Positions 40,169-51,400 of a stretch of DNA of 64,000 bases are shown here, one piece after another; position 1 is the first letter of the stretch; each line of letters opens with the position of its first letter. The notes under the pieces are model-generated. The model was not told the DNA's origin. It did not search any database and worked only from the letters and a program-made list of their open reading frames with translations. The stretch lies in NCBI GenBank assembly GCA_903944345.1, contig CAJARJ010000019.1, positions 7,480 through 71,479 on the forward strand, written 5' to 3'. This DNA is from Candidatus Omnitrophota bacterium (lineage in GTDB: Bacteria > Omnitrophota > Gorgyraeia > Zapsychrales > Fredricksoniimonadaceae). The position numbers and the translations under genes are program-made.

Positions 40169-40219
40169 TAAGTGGCATGGATGTTGTCCTGAACAGCAGA
40201 AAAATTTACAAGGAGAAAC

Positions 40220-41065
40220 ATGTTAGCGGTCAGTCTGTTTCTGTTTTTTCTTAGCGTGATGATATCTGTTTATTACGTGATTCCTTTTGTTGTTAGAAGG
40301 ATTATTGAGGTCAACAAGAATCGCGCACGCAATTTTGCCCGGGACATGGATCGAACCATGTTAACCCAGGACATTCAAAAAGTTCGGGTTCTTTTTATTA
40401 TCGGACCTTTTGTTTGTGGAGCCGCCGGTTTTTTTCTGGGTGGAGTGATTGGTGTTCTGGTTGGATCAGCGGTCGGTTTTGTGATCCCCAGAACGTATGC
40501 GTCTATCTTGCAGGGTCAGAGACGGGAACAGTTTGAAAAACAACTGGTGGATGCCCTTATGATCATGTCCAGTTCGTTTCGGGGCGGCTTGAGTCTGGTT
40601 CAGTCTATGGAATCGGTAGTTGATGAAATGCCCGATCCTATCCGCCAGGAATTCGGGCTCGTTCTGGGCGAGAACAAGATTGGAGTTCTTTTGGATGACG
40701 CTTTCAATCGACTTTATAAACGTTTGCCGTCACCGCCATTACAGCAAATGATTAGTGCTATTTTGCTGGCACGCGAGACGGGCGGAAATCTGCCGGCTAT
40801 CTTTTCGCGAATTGTGAGCACTATACGTGAACGTCGAAAGATCGAGGATAATCTTAAAGTTCTGACTTTGCAGGGTAAGCTGCAGGCTTTTGTGATGAGC
40901 GGCTTGCCGGTAGGGTTCTTTTTTCTGGTCAATACAACCAATCCCAATTATTTTAAGATCATGACCAATACCGATACGGGGCGCATGCTGTTGGCGGTTT
41001 GTGCGTTTTTATGGGTTCTTGGAACTTTCATGATCATAAAGATCAGTACTATCAAGGAGGTCTGA
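40220..41065 (+). CDS. tadB: Tad pilus inner-membrane platform protein TadB (GspF-like)
   Basis: 281 aa; T2SS-F domain (LYKRLPSPPLQQMISAILLARETGGNLPAIFSRIVSTIRERRKIEDNLKVLTLQGKLQAFVMSGLP). Confidence 0.85.
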   Translation: MLAVSLFLFFLSVMISVYYVIPFVVRRIIEVNKNRARNFARDMDRTMLTQDIQKVRVLFIIGPFVCGAAGFFLGGVIGVLVGSAVGFVIPRTYASILQGQRREQFEKQLVDALMIMSSSFRGGLSLVQSMESVVDEMPDPIRQEFGLVLGENKIGVLLDDAFNRLYKRLPSPPLQQMISAILLARETGGNLPAIFSRIVSTIRERRKIEDNLKVLTLQGKLQAFVMSGLPVGFFFLVNTTNPNYFKIMTNTDTGRMLLAVCAFLWVLGTFMIIKISTIKEV

Positions 41066-41066
41066 C

Positions 41067-41957
41067 GTGCTTCTTCTGAGTTTGATTCTAATCACACTGT
41101 CGGTAACCATTTTGATTTGTGCCTTTCTTCCTGGTTTAAGCGAGTTCCGGCCACAGCCCAAGATCCAGAATTTTGGACAAATGCCGGATTTCTTTGGAAA
41201 GAAAAAGAAACAGGAAGGCAATGACTTTATAAAAGGTTTGGCGCTCTTTAATCGCCCCCTGATTGGCGGCGAGATGCGTTTGCGGCTGGTGAGGGACTTG
41301 TCTATCGCCCAGTTGAATATGACTCCGGAAGAGTTTATGCTGATTAAAGAAATCATGATAGTTGTATTACTTGTTTTTGTTCCCGGTTTCTTTCCGGGAG
41401 ACATGCTTATCTTTGCTGTTTTAATGTCGGTTGCCTTTGGGTATTTCGCTCCGGAGTTCTGGCTTAAAGGAAAGATCAAGAAGGTCAAAGAGGATTTCGT
41501 GCGTTATTTGCCGGACACGGTTGATCTTTTGGGTTTATGCGTTAATGCAGGGCTGGATTTCATGATGGCGCTTAAATGGGTTTCGGAGAAGTCTTCGCCT
41601 AATGTAGTGGTCAATGAAATGAACAGCTTGTTGCAGGAAATTAGTGTTGGTAAGCCCAGGCGGGAGGCGTTACGTGATGCTGCGCGCAAGTACGAATTGG
41701 CGGATCTTTCTACGTTTTCGCGGACATTGATCCAAGCGGATAAAATGGGGACATCGGTGTCTGAAGCGCTCAATATTCTTTCTGAGGATATGCGTCAGGC
41801 GCGCTATCGTCGCGGAGAAGCCATGGCTCTTAAGGCCCCCATCAAGCTTTTGGTTCCGTTGCTTTTCTGTATCTTTCCGGTAGTCGGGATTCTGGTTGGA
41901 GGACCGATTTTTCTTGATTTTATGACCAATAACCCTATGAAAAAGATGGGGATGTAA
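41067..41957 (+). CDS. tadC: Tad pilus inner-membrane platform protein TadC (GspF-like)
   Basis: 296 aa; T2SS-F domain (YLPDTVDLLGLCVNAGLDFMMALKWV...LSTFSRTLIQADKMGTSVSEALNILSEDMRQARYRRGEAMALKAPIKLLVPLLFCIFPVV). Confidence 0.85.
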   Translation: MLLLSLILITLSVTILICAFLPGLSEFRPQPKIQNFGQMPDFFGKKKKQEGNDFIKGLALFNRPLIGGEMRLRLVRDLSIAQLNMTPEEFMLIKEIMIVVLLVFVPGFFPGDMLIFAVLMSVAFGYFAPEFWLKGKIKKVKEDFVRYLPDTVDLLGLCVNAGLDFMMALKWVSEKSSPNVVVNEMNSLLQEISVGKPRREALRDAARKYELADLSTFSRTLIQADKMGTSVSEALNILSEDMRQARYRRGEAMALKAPIKLLVPLLFCIFPVVGILVGGPIFLDFMTNNPMKKMGM

Positions 41958-41989
41958 TAAAGTCATCATTTTCTATTAGCGAATAAAAA

Positions 41990-42016
41990 TGTCCAGTCTG
42001 AGGCTGGACATTTTTA
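41990..42016. terminator. Strong intrinsic terminator (bidirectional appearance) after tadC
   Basis: AAAAA-TGTCCAG-tctgagg-CTGGACA-TTTTT; 7-bp stem flanked by an A-run and a T-run. Confidence 0.8.
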
Positions 42017-42443
42017 TTAAAGATTGTCCATTCTGGTGTTTGCAGAGCATTTATTTATCCCTAAAGAGTGCCCAATCAAATTAATAAATGCTTACTGGCT
42101 AAGAGGAGTCCTGATTGAAAAGTTAGGTAGATAAAGTGCGAATAGTTTCCTTCCATTTTGGAAATGAGCAAAGGATTGTAGCGTATAAATTCGTCTGGTA
42201 TTGATTCTGTTTATAGGGTTTAATTTACGCCATAACGCGCAGGATAAAGAGAATTTGCAGGGAATTAAAAAACAATTTAAGATCATTTATATTGAGGAAT
42301 GTAACCTGTTGTCAGTAAAAGTGATTTTATTGTAAATAGATTTGCCAGCGAATTGTCTTGCCTATACTATAATGTTATACTTCGTCCATCGATTGACTTG
42401 AGGTATCGAGTCGATATTTTGGGTTTATTGACGGAGTCCCGGT

Positions 42444-45400
42444 ATGGACAAGCAGCTGGATTCAAAGACCGTCGAGTCTTTTTCAACCGTTGCCGCAGCT
42501 GAAGCGCCTATCAGCGTTTATGCCGAGGGTGGCTTCCGGAGTCGTTTTAATTTCTGGATCCGCGCGGTTTCTGTTATTCTCATCTGCATTTTTCTTCCTG
42601 ATCAGATTGGCTGGGCTTTCAATTATAATCCGGCCGTGATTTATCCCCAGAATGCACTTAATTACCAGCCCGCACCGGTTTTAACTTCAGCCGAACGTTC
42701 TTCTGCGCAGATTGCTGGCAGTGTCGGTTTTCTTTTGAATCAGGTAAAAGGTCTTGAGCAAGCGCGCTTTGAGCTGAAGCTTAATCCTGCAAATGCTCTT
42801 CAGCTGGCGAAAGAGCTCAAGCAACCGGTTTTGGCAATCGATAGCCGTAGAAGTTTTAACGAATTGGCCATATCAGAAATTACGCAATGGCTGGCTGAGC
42901 CTCAGGTTCATATCCTTAATTGCGGCGTTTACGCGCTCAAGGATTTGTTGGATTTTGAGGGGATCAGCAAAACACCCGAAGAGCTGTCGGTCATAACCAT
43001 TCTGGCGGATCTTCTAAGCGATGTGCTTCGGACCGGGGACGAGCGTCTGAAAACATCATTGTTTGCCTTGAGCCAGGCTATGGATGCGTTTGGGCTGGAG
43101 TACCAGGCGGTCAAGCTTCGTCCGGAAAATCTCCGGTTGTTGGCCACACCTTTTATTGCTCATTTTAAAGATGAACATTTCGTAACAGTGCTGCGGATAG
43201 AGGGGGACACGGTTTATTTGAACGACATCGGAAACCCCGGTCAGATGTCGATCTCTGAGTTGGCGCAGCGGGCTTCCGGGTTTGCCCTGGCTCGGGAGAT
43301 GAAGTTTTTTGTGAAAGCTGGCTTTGAACGTGTTGCGCAAAACACACAAACATTCGTTTGGGGTGACAAATGGCGTAATAAGTCAGATGAACTGCCCGGG
43401 CTCGTGTCCAATTCTCAGATAGCCATGCAGGTAGGAATACAAGTTGTGGGGGCGCTGGCGGCCGCTTGGATGGGGCCAGGCGGATGGGCGGCGTATGCGA
43501 CGTTTTCCATGAGCATGGCAGCATCTTCTTTCGCGCAGGCGGTTGGACAGGTTTGTCAGATGCGCGGAGGCAGCGGTCAAAGCTGCATGTTGTTAAGTAC
43601 TGCGATTAGCGTTGGACTGACTATGGGGACTTCGGCGCTGCTTTCTGCCGGACAGGCGGCAGGAACCCAGGCTGCGGGTCAGGCTTTGGCTAAAGATGGA
43701 GTCACGAATGCTTCGGCTCAGGTTTCGCAGGAAACGGTCAACAAGGCGGCGTCTGAAGCGGCGGGAGCCATTTCTCGTAGCGGAGAGATTGCGACACAGG
43801 AGGCCATCACCTCGTCTGTGACCAAGGCGTTTGCCAATCAGGGGATTGCTGTCTCGGGCGAGTTGGGGGCCAAAATTAGTGCGGCTGCCGCGGCTAACGT
43901 TACCGCCAAGGTTGCCGAAGCTTCGGCTTCAACTATGGCATCAACATTTGCTGCCGGTTTTGCGCAAGGAGCTATTATTGGTGTCGCCAAAGGGGCGGTG
44001 GAGTACCAGGTTGTCAAGATGATCGACAAGGCTCTGGGGGACGACGATTATATTCTCAAGAGCACAGTGCAGGCCATTGCTTCATCGGTCGCAGGGGCGA
44101 TGGTGGGATCGATTGTTCAGTGGGGAATCAGTAATGCGGTCACCGCTTACAACGAGTCTTCCGCGGCAAATACCGATACAGAAACAGCCGCTGCGTCAAC
44201 AGACACTTCAGCAACATCGACACAGGCGGCGACTACAGCAACAGACTCGGCCATGATTCGCCTGACCAAGCTGGACGGCGGCTTTAATCCGTATGACTTG
44301 GGCAAGAATTCATTAGGAACGGTATTGTCGCGCACATTGATGGATCGTTCGCTTTTGGCCGGAGTTGTCGGGCATTTGGCGGCCATGGGCGTGCGCTATG
44401 CGGTTTCCGGTGGCGCGGTGACCCAGGAAGAAGAGGGAGATTTATCTGTTGTGTTGGGCCAGCTGGGTAATACCTTCGGCCAGATGGCTGGAAACTTTGC
44501 GATGGGCCAGAGTAAAATCGGTTATGACAACCGTACGCCGGAACAAACGGTCAAGGATGCCAAGGACTGGACAGCTTTGTTTAAACAGGCTATCCCTAAA
44601 GCCGTGGTTTCTGCCGGCCTGACTTATGCGCTCCTGGCCATGGAAGAAAGCGTTATCGGAGACGATGACGGGTCTCATTCCTATAAAGAAAAACAGATGG
44701 CGTTTCGCAACACCGCGTTTATGATCTCGGGCGTTATGACTGGCCTGGCTCTGGGGTTAGCGGCGGAGTATGCTCATCAAGATGCTGATTCTCCTGTGGG
44801 TGCGACAACCTCTTCTGTTGTAGAGGATGGCCGGTTAGAGGCTGGTTACAAGACTGGCTATTGGCAGCAGCAAAAAGAATTTCAGATGGATTTCTGGGGT
44901 CTTGGCGCCATGCAGACGCTCACCAACGAGATGGGCGGAACACCGTATTCGTTAAATGCGGGGCTGGCTGCGGGCCAGTTAACCAGCACCATGCAGGGGT
45001 TAACCGGTTTTACGCCTCAAACCGCCTGGCAGATAGACAAGATGTGGCTGGCAACCAAGAAGGCCAATTCGGAGCTTTCAGCAGACAACAGGGAATCAAA
45101 CAGCGTTCTTAAGTTGCGTCACCGTATTGCAATCTTCGATATTATTGATCCTGGCATGATCAATATTGATTATGTTAACTCACAATTCTCGGCCGGAGTT
45201 GTCAGCAATGTTATTGCTACCGGAGAGATTGCAGCCAGCGCGACTTTCGCTCGTGGAAGCATTGACGGGCAGCAGTATTTGACCGATTGGGGTTTCCAGT
45301 GGCGGCCGGCCATAACCAGGGATATTGTCACTCCGGATGGCAAGCCTACCGGGCGGGCATTGGTTTTTATGGGGGCTACAAATGATGTTAACCGTTTGCT

Positions 45401-48400
45401 GGATTTTCGGGGAGTTGAAAATCTTGGGCTGTCGCGGGAAACCGATCCGAAGACCGGCAAAGTTCGGGAGAGCCTGACGGGAACTTATACTAAAGAGTAC
45501 GCGCACGCGACAGGACTTGATAAGGCTATGGCCGGAATCGACGATCTGACCAGAGAGCTTAACAGTGCGGGAGTCAATGGAATTTCTGCCGAAAGATTGC
45601 AGGCGGCGCTGGCTAAGAATGGCCTGAAAGGGGCGGTGGTTTCGAGCGGCCCGGACGGTTCACAGAAGGTTCTGGTTGATGTCGATGGAAAGACGGTAAG
45701 CCTGGATGCCTCTCTTTTACAGCAGGCAGGTCTCATTGCGCCGGCTGGTGTGGATAAGAATGGCAAGTTGCAGTGGAAGTTTAATGCGGGTTCTGCCCCT
45801 GGATCTGTTTTTTCAAACAGAAATGCCAAGGGAACAGTTTTTTCCTTTTCAGGGGCTGAGGTGGTAGCCGATACCAGTTCACCTGTTTATTTCTTGCACA
45901 AGATTGCTGGCTTGCCGGGGGCTCCTGTTGATTGGGCGCGTTCGACCCAGCCGGAAAATGTATGGAAGAATTACACAGTTGATCTGGGTGCCCGTAACGC
46001 GGCCATGACCAATAATCCAGGCACGACATTCTCCGCACAGCAAATAAATCAGCCCGGTGGAGCCAGTCAGTCTGTGTTTAGCCTGGAGCTTGATTATGCC
46101 GGTAACAGTGGAAATCCGTTGCAAATGGCCAGCGGATACAGAGGTATCAAGAAGAACCGGGCCGGAGAGGCTGATCGCAAGACACTTTCATTTGACCTGA
46201 CCGCCCAGGCTAATCCTGATGGTTCTGCTGTTTTTGGCGAAAGAAGAAATCTTTCTATTGCCGGACTGGTGATCGAGCCCGGCAACAAGAGCGTTATGGA
46301 TCTTGCTTTTACGTCTATGAATAATGTCGGAGGCAACAACCTTCGATATAACGTAACCGGTGTCAATACGGTGACCGGAGAGGTTTTTGATCTGGCCCGT
46401 TTCAAAAAAGCTTTTGAAGCCGGAATCAGAAAGCAGGAACAGATTGGCCTGCTAGATTTGTTTCTGCCGCAAATGTCCGGAAAAACGGCGGCGGCGTGGC
46501 TTTCGGTGATGGCCACATCCCAGGCTTTGGGGCAGTTGACGCCGGGGATTACGGCTCCGGTTTTAATGAATATGGGAATAAGGCAGAAGGGGTCGGCTCT
46601 GCCGGAAGCGTCCCTCGTTTCCTCTATAGACGGAAAGATTAATCCCTTACAGTTGAATACCTATACAGCCGACGGACAGGTCAAGGATGTGTTGCGTGTC
46701 ACGGCGCGCAATACGCCGCTTCTTCAGCTTGCCGCGGGAGGCGGAGCGAATAACTTTCTGGGGAATGTGCACAATGTTTCGAGAACTTTTCTGAACAACC
46801 ATTTGCCGATGGGTTCGGCGGATCGCTTTGGCTATTATTATGCCGCAGGGACTCCTTCCGTCGGCAAAGGTGGAGGGAAAGTCACCCAGTATGATTCCCA
46901 GTTGTTGCCGATGTTTAGCGGTGATGAAGTTGGGTTGGAAGGCTGGCTGAGAGAAGGGACGGTGGCCAGGATCAGCGACGGCAAGAAAAAGGGATCGTAT
47001 AAGGGCAAGATCCTCTCAGACTTTTTTCTGGTTAATCCGCTGGATCCGGCGGCCGGAGAATTGGTGCGCCTTGTCGGAGAGATCGGTATTACCCGCGCCG
47101 GGCATGGCCAGACATTAACGGCTGAAGAAGGAAAAACGATCAAAAATTTTGCCTTGCAGCAGGCCCCCGAGGGCATAGTGGCTGTTATTGACAATAACGG
47201 CCTGTCACCGTTTCTGGAACGCGCGGTGCTGGCTTATCCGCACAAGGGAGCTTTCAGTCCCGAACAAGGCGGACAGGTGGGAGATATTACCCTGACCACC
47301 AATCAGACGGGACACGCTTTGTCCAAATATCCCAAGTTGGGTTTTGTGTTTCATGACAAGGCTGGTTGGCAGTTGTTGCCGGAACAAAGCAGTTCTTCAA
47401 CAACAAAAGATCGTTACCGTCGCGGCGACGGGGCCATTATGGAGCGGTTGTTCAAGCGGACGATTCGTATTTTTGGCAGGCAGACTATAACTCAGAAAGA
47501 TGGCAGCGTGACGGGATCAACTATCGATCCGGCGATTTCCAAGCGCAAGGTTTCGGATACGGGTTGGGTGCAGATGGGCGAAAGAATGATCGCGCCGCCG
47601 CCAGCTCCGAAGCCAGTGGCTAGGGCGGCTGGGGGAAGTGGAGACGGATCGCAGAAGGTGGGGGCGGAGATCGAATATACCGAACAGTCTTTGGATACAG
47701 CGGCTCGAGAACAAGTAGCAAAGGCGAAAAAAGATCAAGGAATTGATGTTCCGCCAACTGAGCAGGAGGTTGCTGCGGCGAAAAAGAGCATTCTGGCAGA
47801 ATTAAACTCTTCTGAGTCTGTCGAGGGAGGGGGAACAAAAGGTGAATGGATGCGCTTTAGGCTGCAACAGTCCGCGGCAAGAAAATCAGCGGCAGCCTTT
47901 GAGCAAGGCGGAGAAGATAATGAAGCGCTTCTTGCTGAACAGGAAGCTGCCAGCGAGGCGGGGTCAGGGGTCTTTTCCGGGCTTGATAAACCTGTGACCG
48001 AGAAAAGCCTTGAACGAAAAGTTAAAGCGCAGCAAACAAATGACAATACAGTCCACCTAAAGCCAGATCAGGGAGCGATGGGGTCGTATCTTACGGGGGC
48101 TGTTGGAGCGCCCAAGGCCGAGGAGCTTTATCCTGAAGTAAAGGGTTCAGGGGAACAAACGGCCAAGACGGGGTCTCAGTGGAAAAAAGCAAAAACCGAG
48201 CAGGTTTCTTTGGCGATCGAAGCTAATGGTGTGGTGACCCCAGGGGCCATAACCTTTGAAGCAACAACCTATCTCGGACGTAAAGGGGCAGCGGGGCAAG
48301 CCGCGGAACAAATCAATGTATGTGTTCAGACTAATTGCAAGGCTGTCGAGACACCCTATCAGGCCGCATATGACGCAAAAACAGGTCAATGGCTTTTGAC

Positions 48401-51400
48401 AGGAGTTGATGGCAAGGGAGTTTACGGAATCTCTACTCCTTTGGGAGGGGTGAAGCCTCAGGAGGGAAACTCGACACAGGTTGCCGGTAATGGTCTTGAT
48501 GGTCGCGTGACATTAAGAAGATTTGTTGGTCTTGATGCCAATGGCCAAGCTATTTATATGATGACGCTGGACTCTCAAACTCCTGGACCCAACAGCAATA
48601 TTCAGATTGCGGAAACAGGCAAACAAGCGGTTCCTGATGGTATGCAGGTTAATAATAATCAAGTTAGCTTACAGGCCCCCGCGGTTGGGGTTGGAAACGG
48701 TTTTATTACATTCAAGGAAGATCGCAAGACCGGGCAGGTGACTTTTCAGGATAACAATATGTATTATGCCGTGGATATGGCCAAGAATCAGAACGGCATT
48801 GAGTTGTGGCACAATGATTCGCGGACCCCGGGGGGACAGGTCTTGACTCTTGATCCGCAATATAATGTTGATGGATCGGGCCAATACAATGCGGTTTTGA
48901 AGCAGGGCTCCCAGTTGACAATAGCCGACGGAAGTTATGGAAAGGTTATCGGCAGCTCTTCTGTTGATGGTGAGGGAATGGATTTTCGTCAAGGTATTTT
49001 TGCCGGGGGCAATCTGCATTTTGTTAATAATCTCAAGAGCGGCATTATGAGCTTGTCGGCTGACCCCAACCAGTTTTATATCGATAAAACGGGTGACGGG
49101 ATGGTATTGAATCGTAATGGTCAGTCGATCAACGGAGCTCTTTGGCAGACGAGCAAGAGCGGAGCATCATCTTGGCTGAGTTTTGACAGAGCAGAGTTTG
49201 GCTCGAAAACAGATCCTTCCCTATTCGGAACTCCGGTCAGATTAGGGGTTCCTGATCAGGAAGGCAAGGCCATTGCGGTTAATTCTCCGGAGTTGATCAA
49301 AGTTCAATCTTCGGAAAGTGTGGCAGAGCTGTCCGCGAAAGCAACATATGATGCGGCGCACGCTGAAGTTCAGAAATTGCAAGCGCAATTAAGCCAGCCG
49401 GGGTCGATATTATTCGAGGGAGATGTTCCTGTTGCAAGAGAGGCTGTTGCCGCGCAGTTGGCCAATGCGTTGACAAAAGAAGGCAGCGCTCGAAAGGCTT
49501 ATGCTGTGGCGGCAGAGCAAAGATCAGCAAAAGAAGCAAATGCCAGCGGAAAAGGCGCGGAGACAGAATTTATTAATCAAACCATGGGCGAGAAGGCGCA
49601 AGATCCTGCCGCCCAGGAAACAGCGAGGCTTTATAAGGATGAGGGTAGCGATCAGGTCTGGGCAACCGGAGAGTTGTCTTTTGTTCTCGGAGAGCTCAAT
49701 ACAACAACTCCTGCAGCATGGGGAGTTTTCCGTGGGCAAATGACAGACCAAGAAATAGCAGACAAGACAGGTTTGCAGATCACCCCAGAATTTTCTGCAG
49801 AACGTAAGGCTTTTGAGGACGAACTTGCTAAAAATGGAGAGGTTTCTCAAGAAGACTTTGCCAGAATCGCCCCGCACTGGTCTGAGATATTCAAAGATGA
49901 AACACAAAGAAGAAAACTTGCTTCGGCTGATTCGCATCTTGATCAGTTTGTCAATAACGGCAATGTTACGCCGCTAACGTATATGAACAGCGATTCTTTA
50001 TATACATATGTTAGCGGGAAGTCTTCTGTTGAGGGAATAAAAGACGCCACGGCGGTATATGATAAAAGCGGCCAATTGACGGGTTATACCGACAGAGATG
50101 GTCGCATGGTGACGTTTACAAACGCCATTCCTTTGATCAAGCTGGTTGATCCCACAGGAGAGAAGGTTTACAGCCAGACCGTTCTTTACGGAGGAAGCTT
50201 TAAAGGCGGGGAGAATCGTCAGCTGCTCGAGGGTGCGGTTGCCGGTCAGATGGATTATTTGACGGGATCCGGTTTGAGCAAAGCGCCGCTGGAACAACAG
50301 TTTATTCAACTAAAAGATGGGAAAAGGTTTATTACCCAGATCAAATGGTCAGAACTTGGCATGGATGAAGCTGGGCCCGACCGTCCTTTGGGCTTGGCGG
50401 TAAATGTCAATAATCTTAGTCTTGGTTTGCAAAATCAGTTGCAGGGTAATCTTTCCGGCATCAGCCCTGTCAGCTTGAGCGATCAAGCCAAGGGCATGCT
50501 GGCATATAGAGACAAAGAAGGTCATGAGCGGATTGTCGCATTTCCTGCTATGGAGCGGGGGTCAAATACGGATATCATGTCAACGAACATCATGGCGTTT
50601 AATCCGGGGGATGTTCTCTCTATTAATCATTTTGCTCCCAAATTTGTTAATTTATCGGCAAAAGATGCGCCCTATGATCAGGCTCAGCAGGTTATCAGTA
50701 TTCCTGAAAGTCAACTGAAAGCGGTGAATATAGGGCAAGATTTTTCTTTTCAGGCAGCTCCGCCGAATCTATCAGGAGCCAAATCTGGGACAGTCAACCA
50801 AGGAGCCAATGAAGCCTCTGCGACTTCTGATTCTGTCGAATCGCGTCGGACTCAGATGCAGGGGCAGGACCTGGCTTCGGTTTACGCGATTGATTCCAAA
50901 GGAACCGTAACCGCTGGTCCAGATACAACGCAAGCTATCGAGTTTAACACGGGAGAGAAGCTGATTGGCCGCGTTGGCTTTCAGATAGGAACAATAAATC
51001 AGGGTGGTGTGCCGGTTTTAAGCAAAGAAATACAGTTTGCCGGGCAAGCTCCGGGGTCTGTGGTCGGCTGGAAGGGAACCGATGCAGAGCTGAAGAGTAT
51101 CACGGGAGAGCGGATTGCGCAATTCAAAACACCTGACGGGAAAACAAATGTAACTCCATATATTGGCGGATGGGTTTATAAAGGAGAAGGGCACGTCGAT
51201 TTTTTTGCTGACCGTGGACGAGCTCAGACGGAAATAAGTCAGGGAAAGAGTGTATTAAGAGTAGTTGAGAGTGTTCCGGGGTATCTCATGGTTGTGCCGG
51301 TACAGTATTCTTTTGATTTATCGAAACCAAAGATTGCAGGTAAGGAATTTGTTATTGATGCCAAAACCGGACAAAAGCTTACACAGAGCGTCGGTCAGGT

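Noticed and set aside
42092-42286. 64-aa minus-strand ORF between the tadC terminator and the giant gene
   Set aside because: It lies in an AT-rich promoter or intergenic region with no RBS or homology. It is likely spurious.
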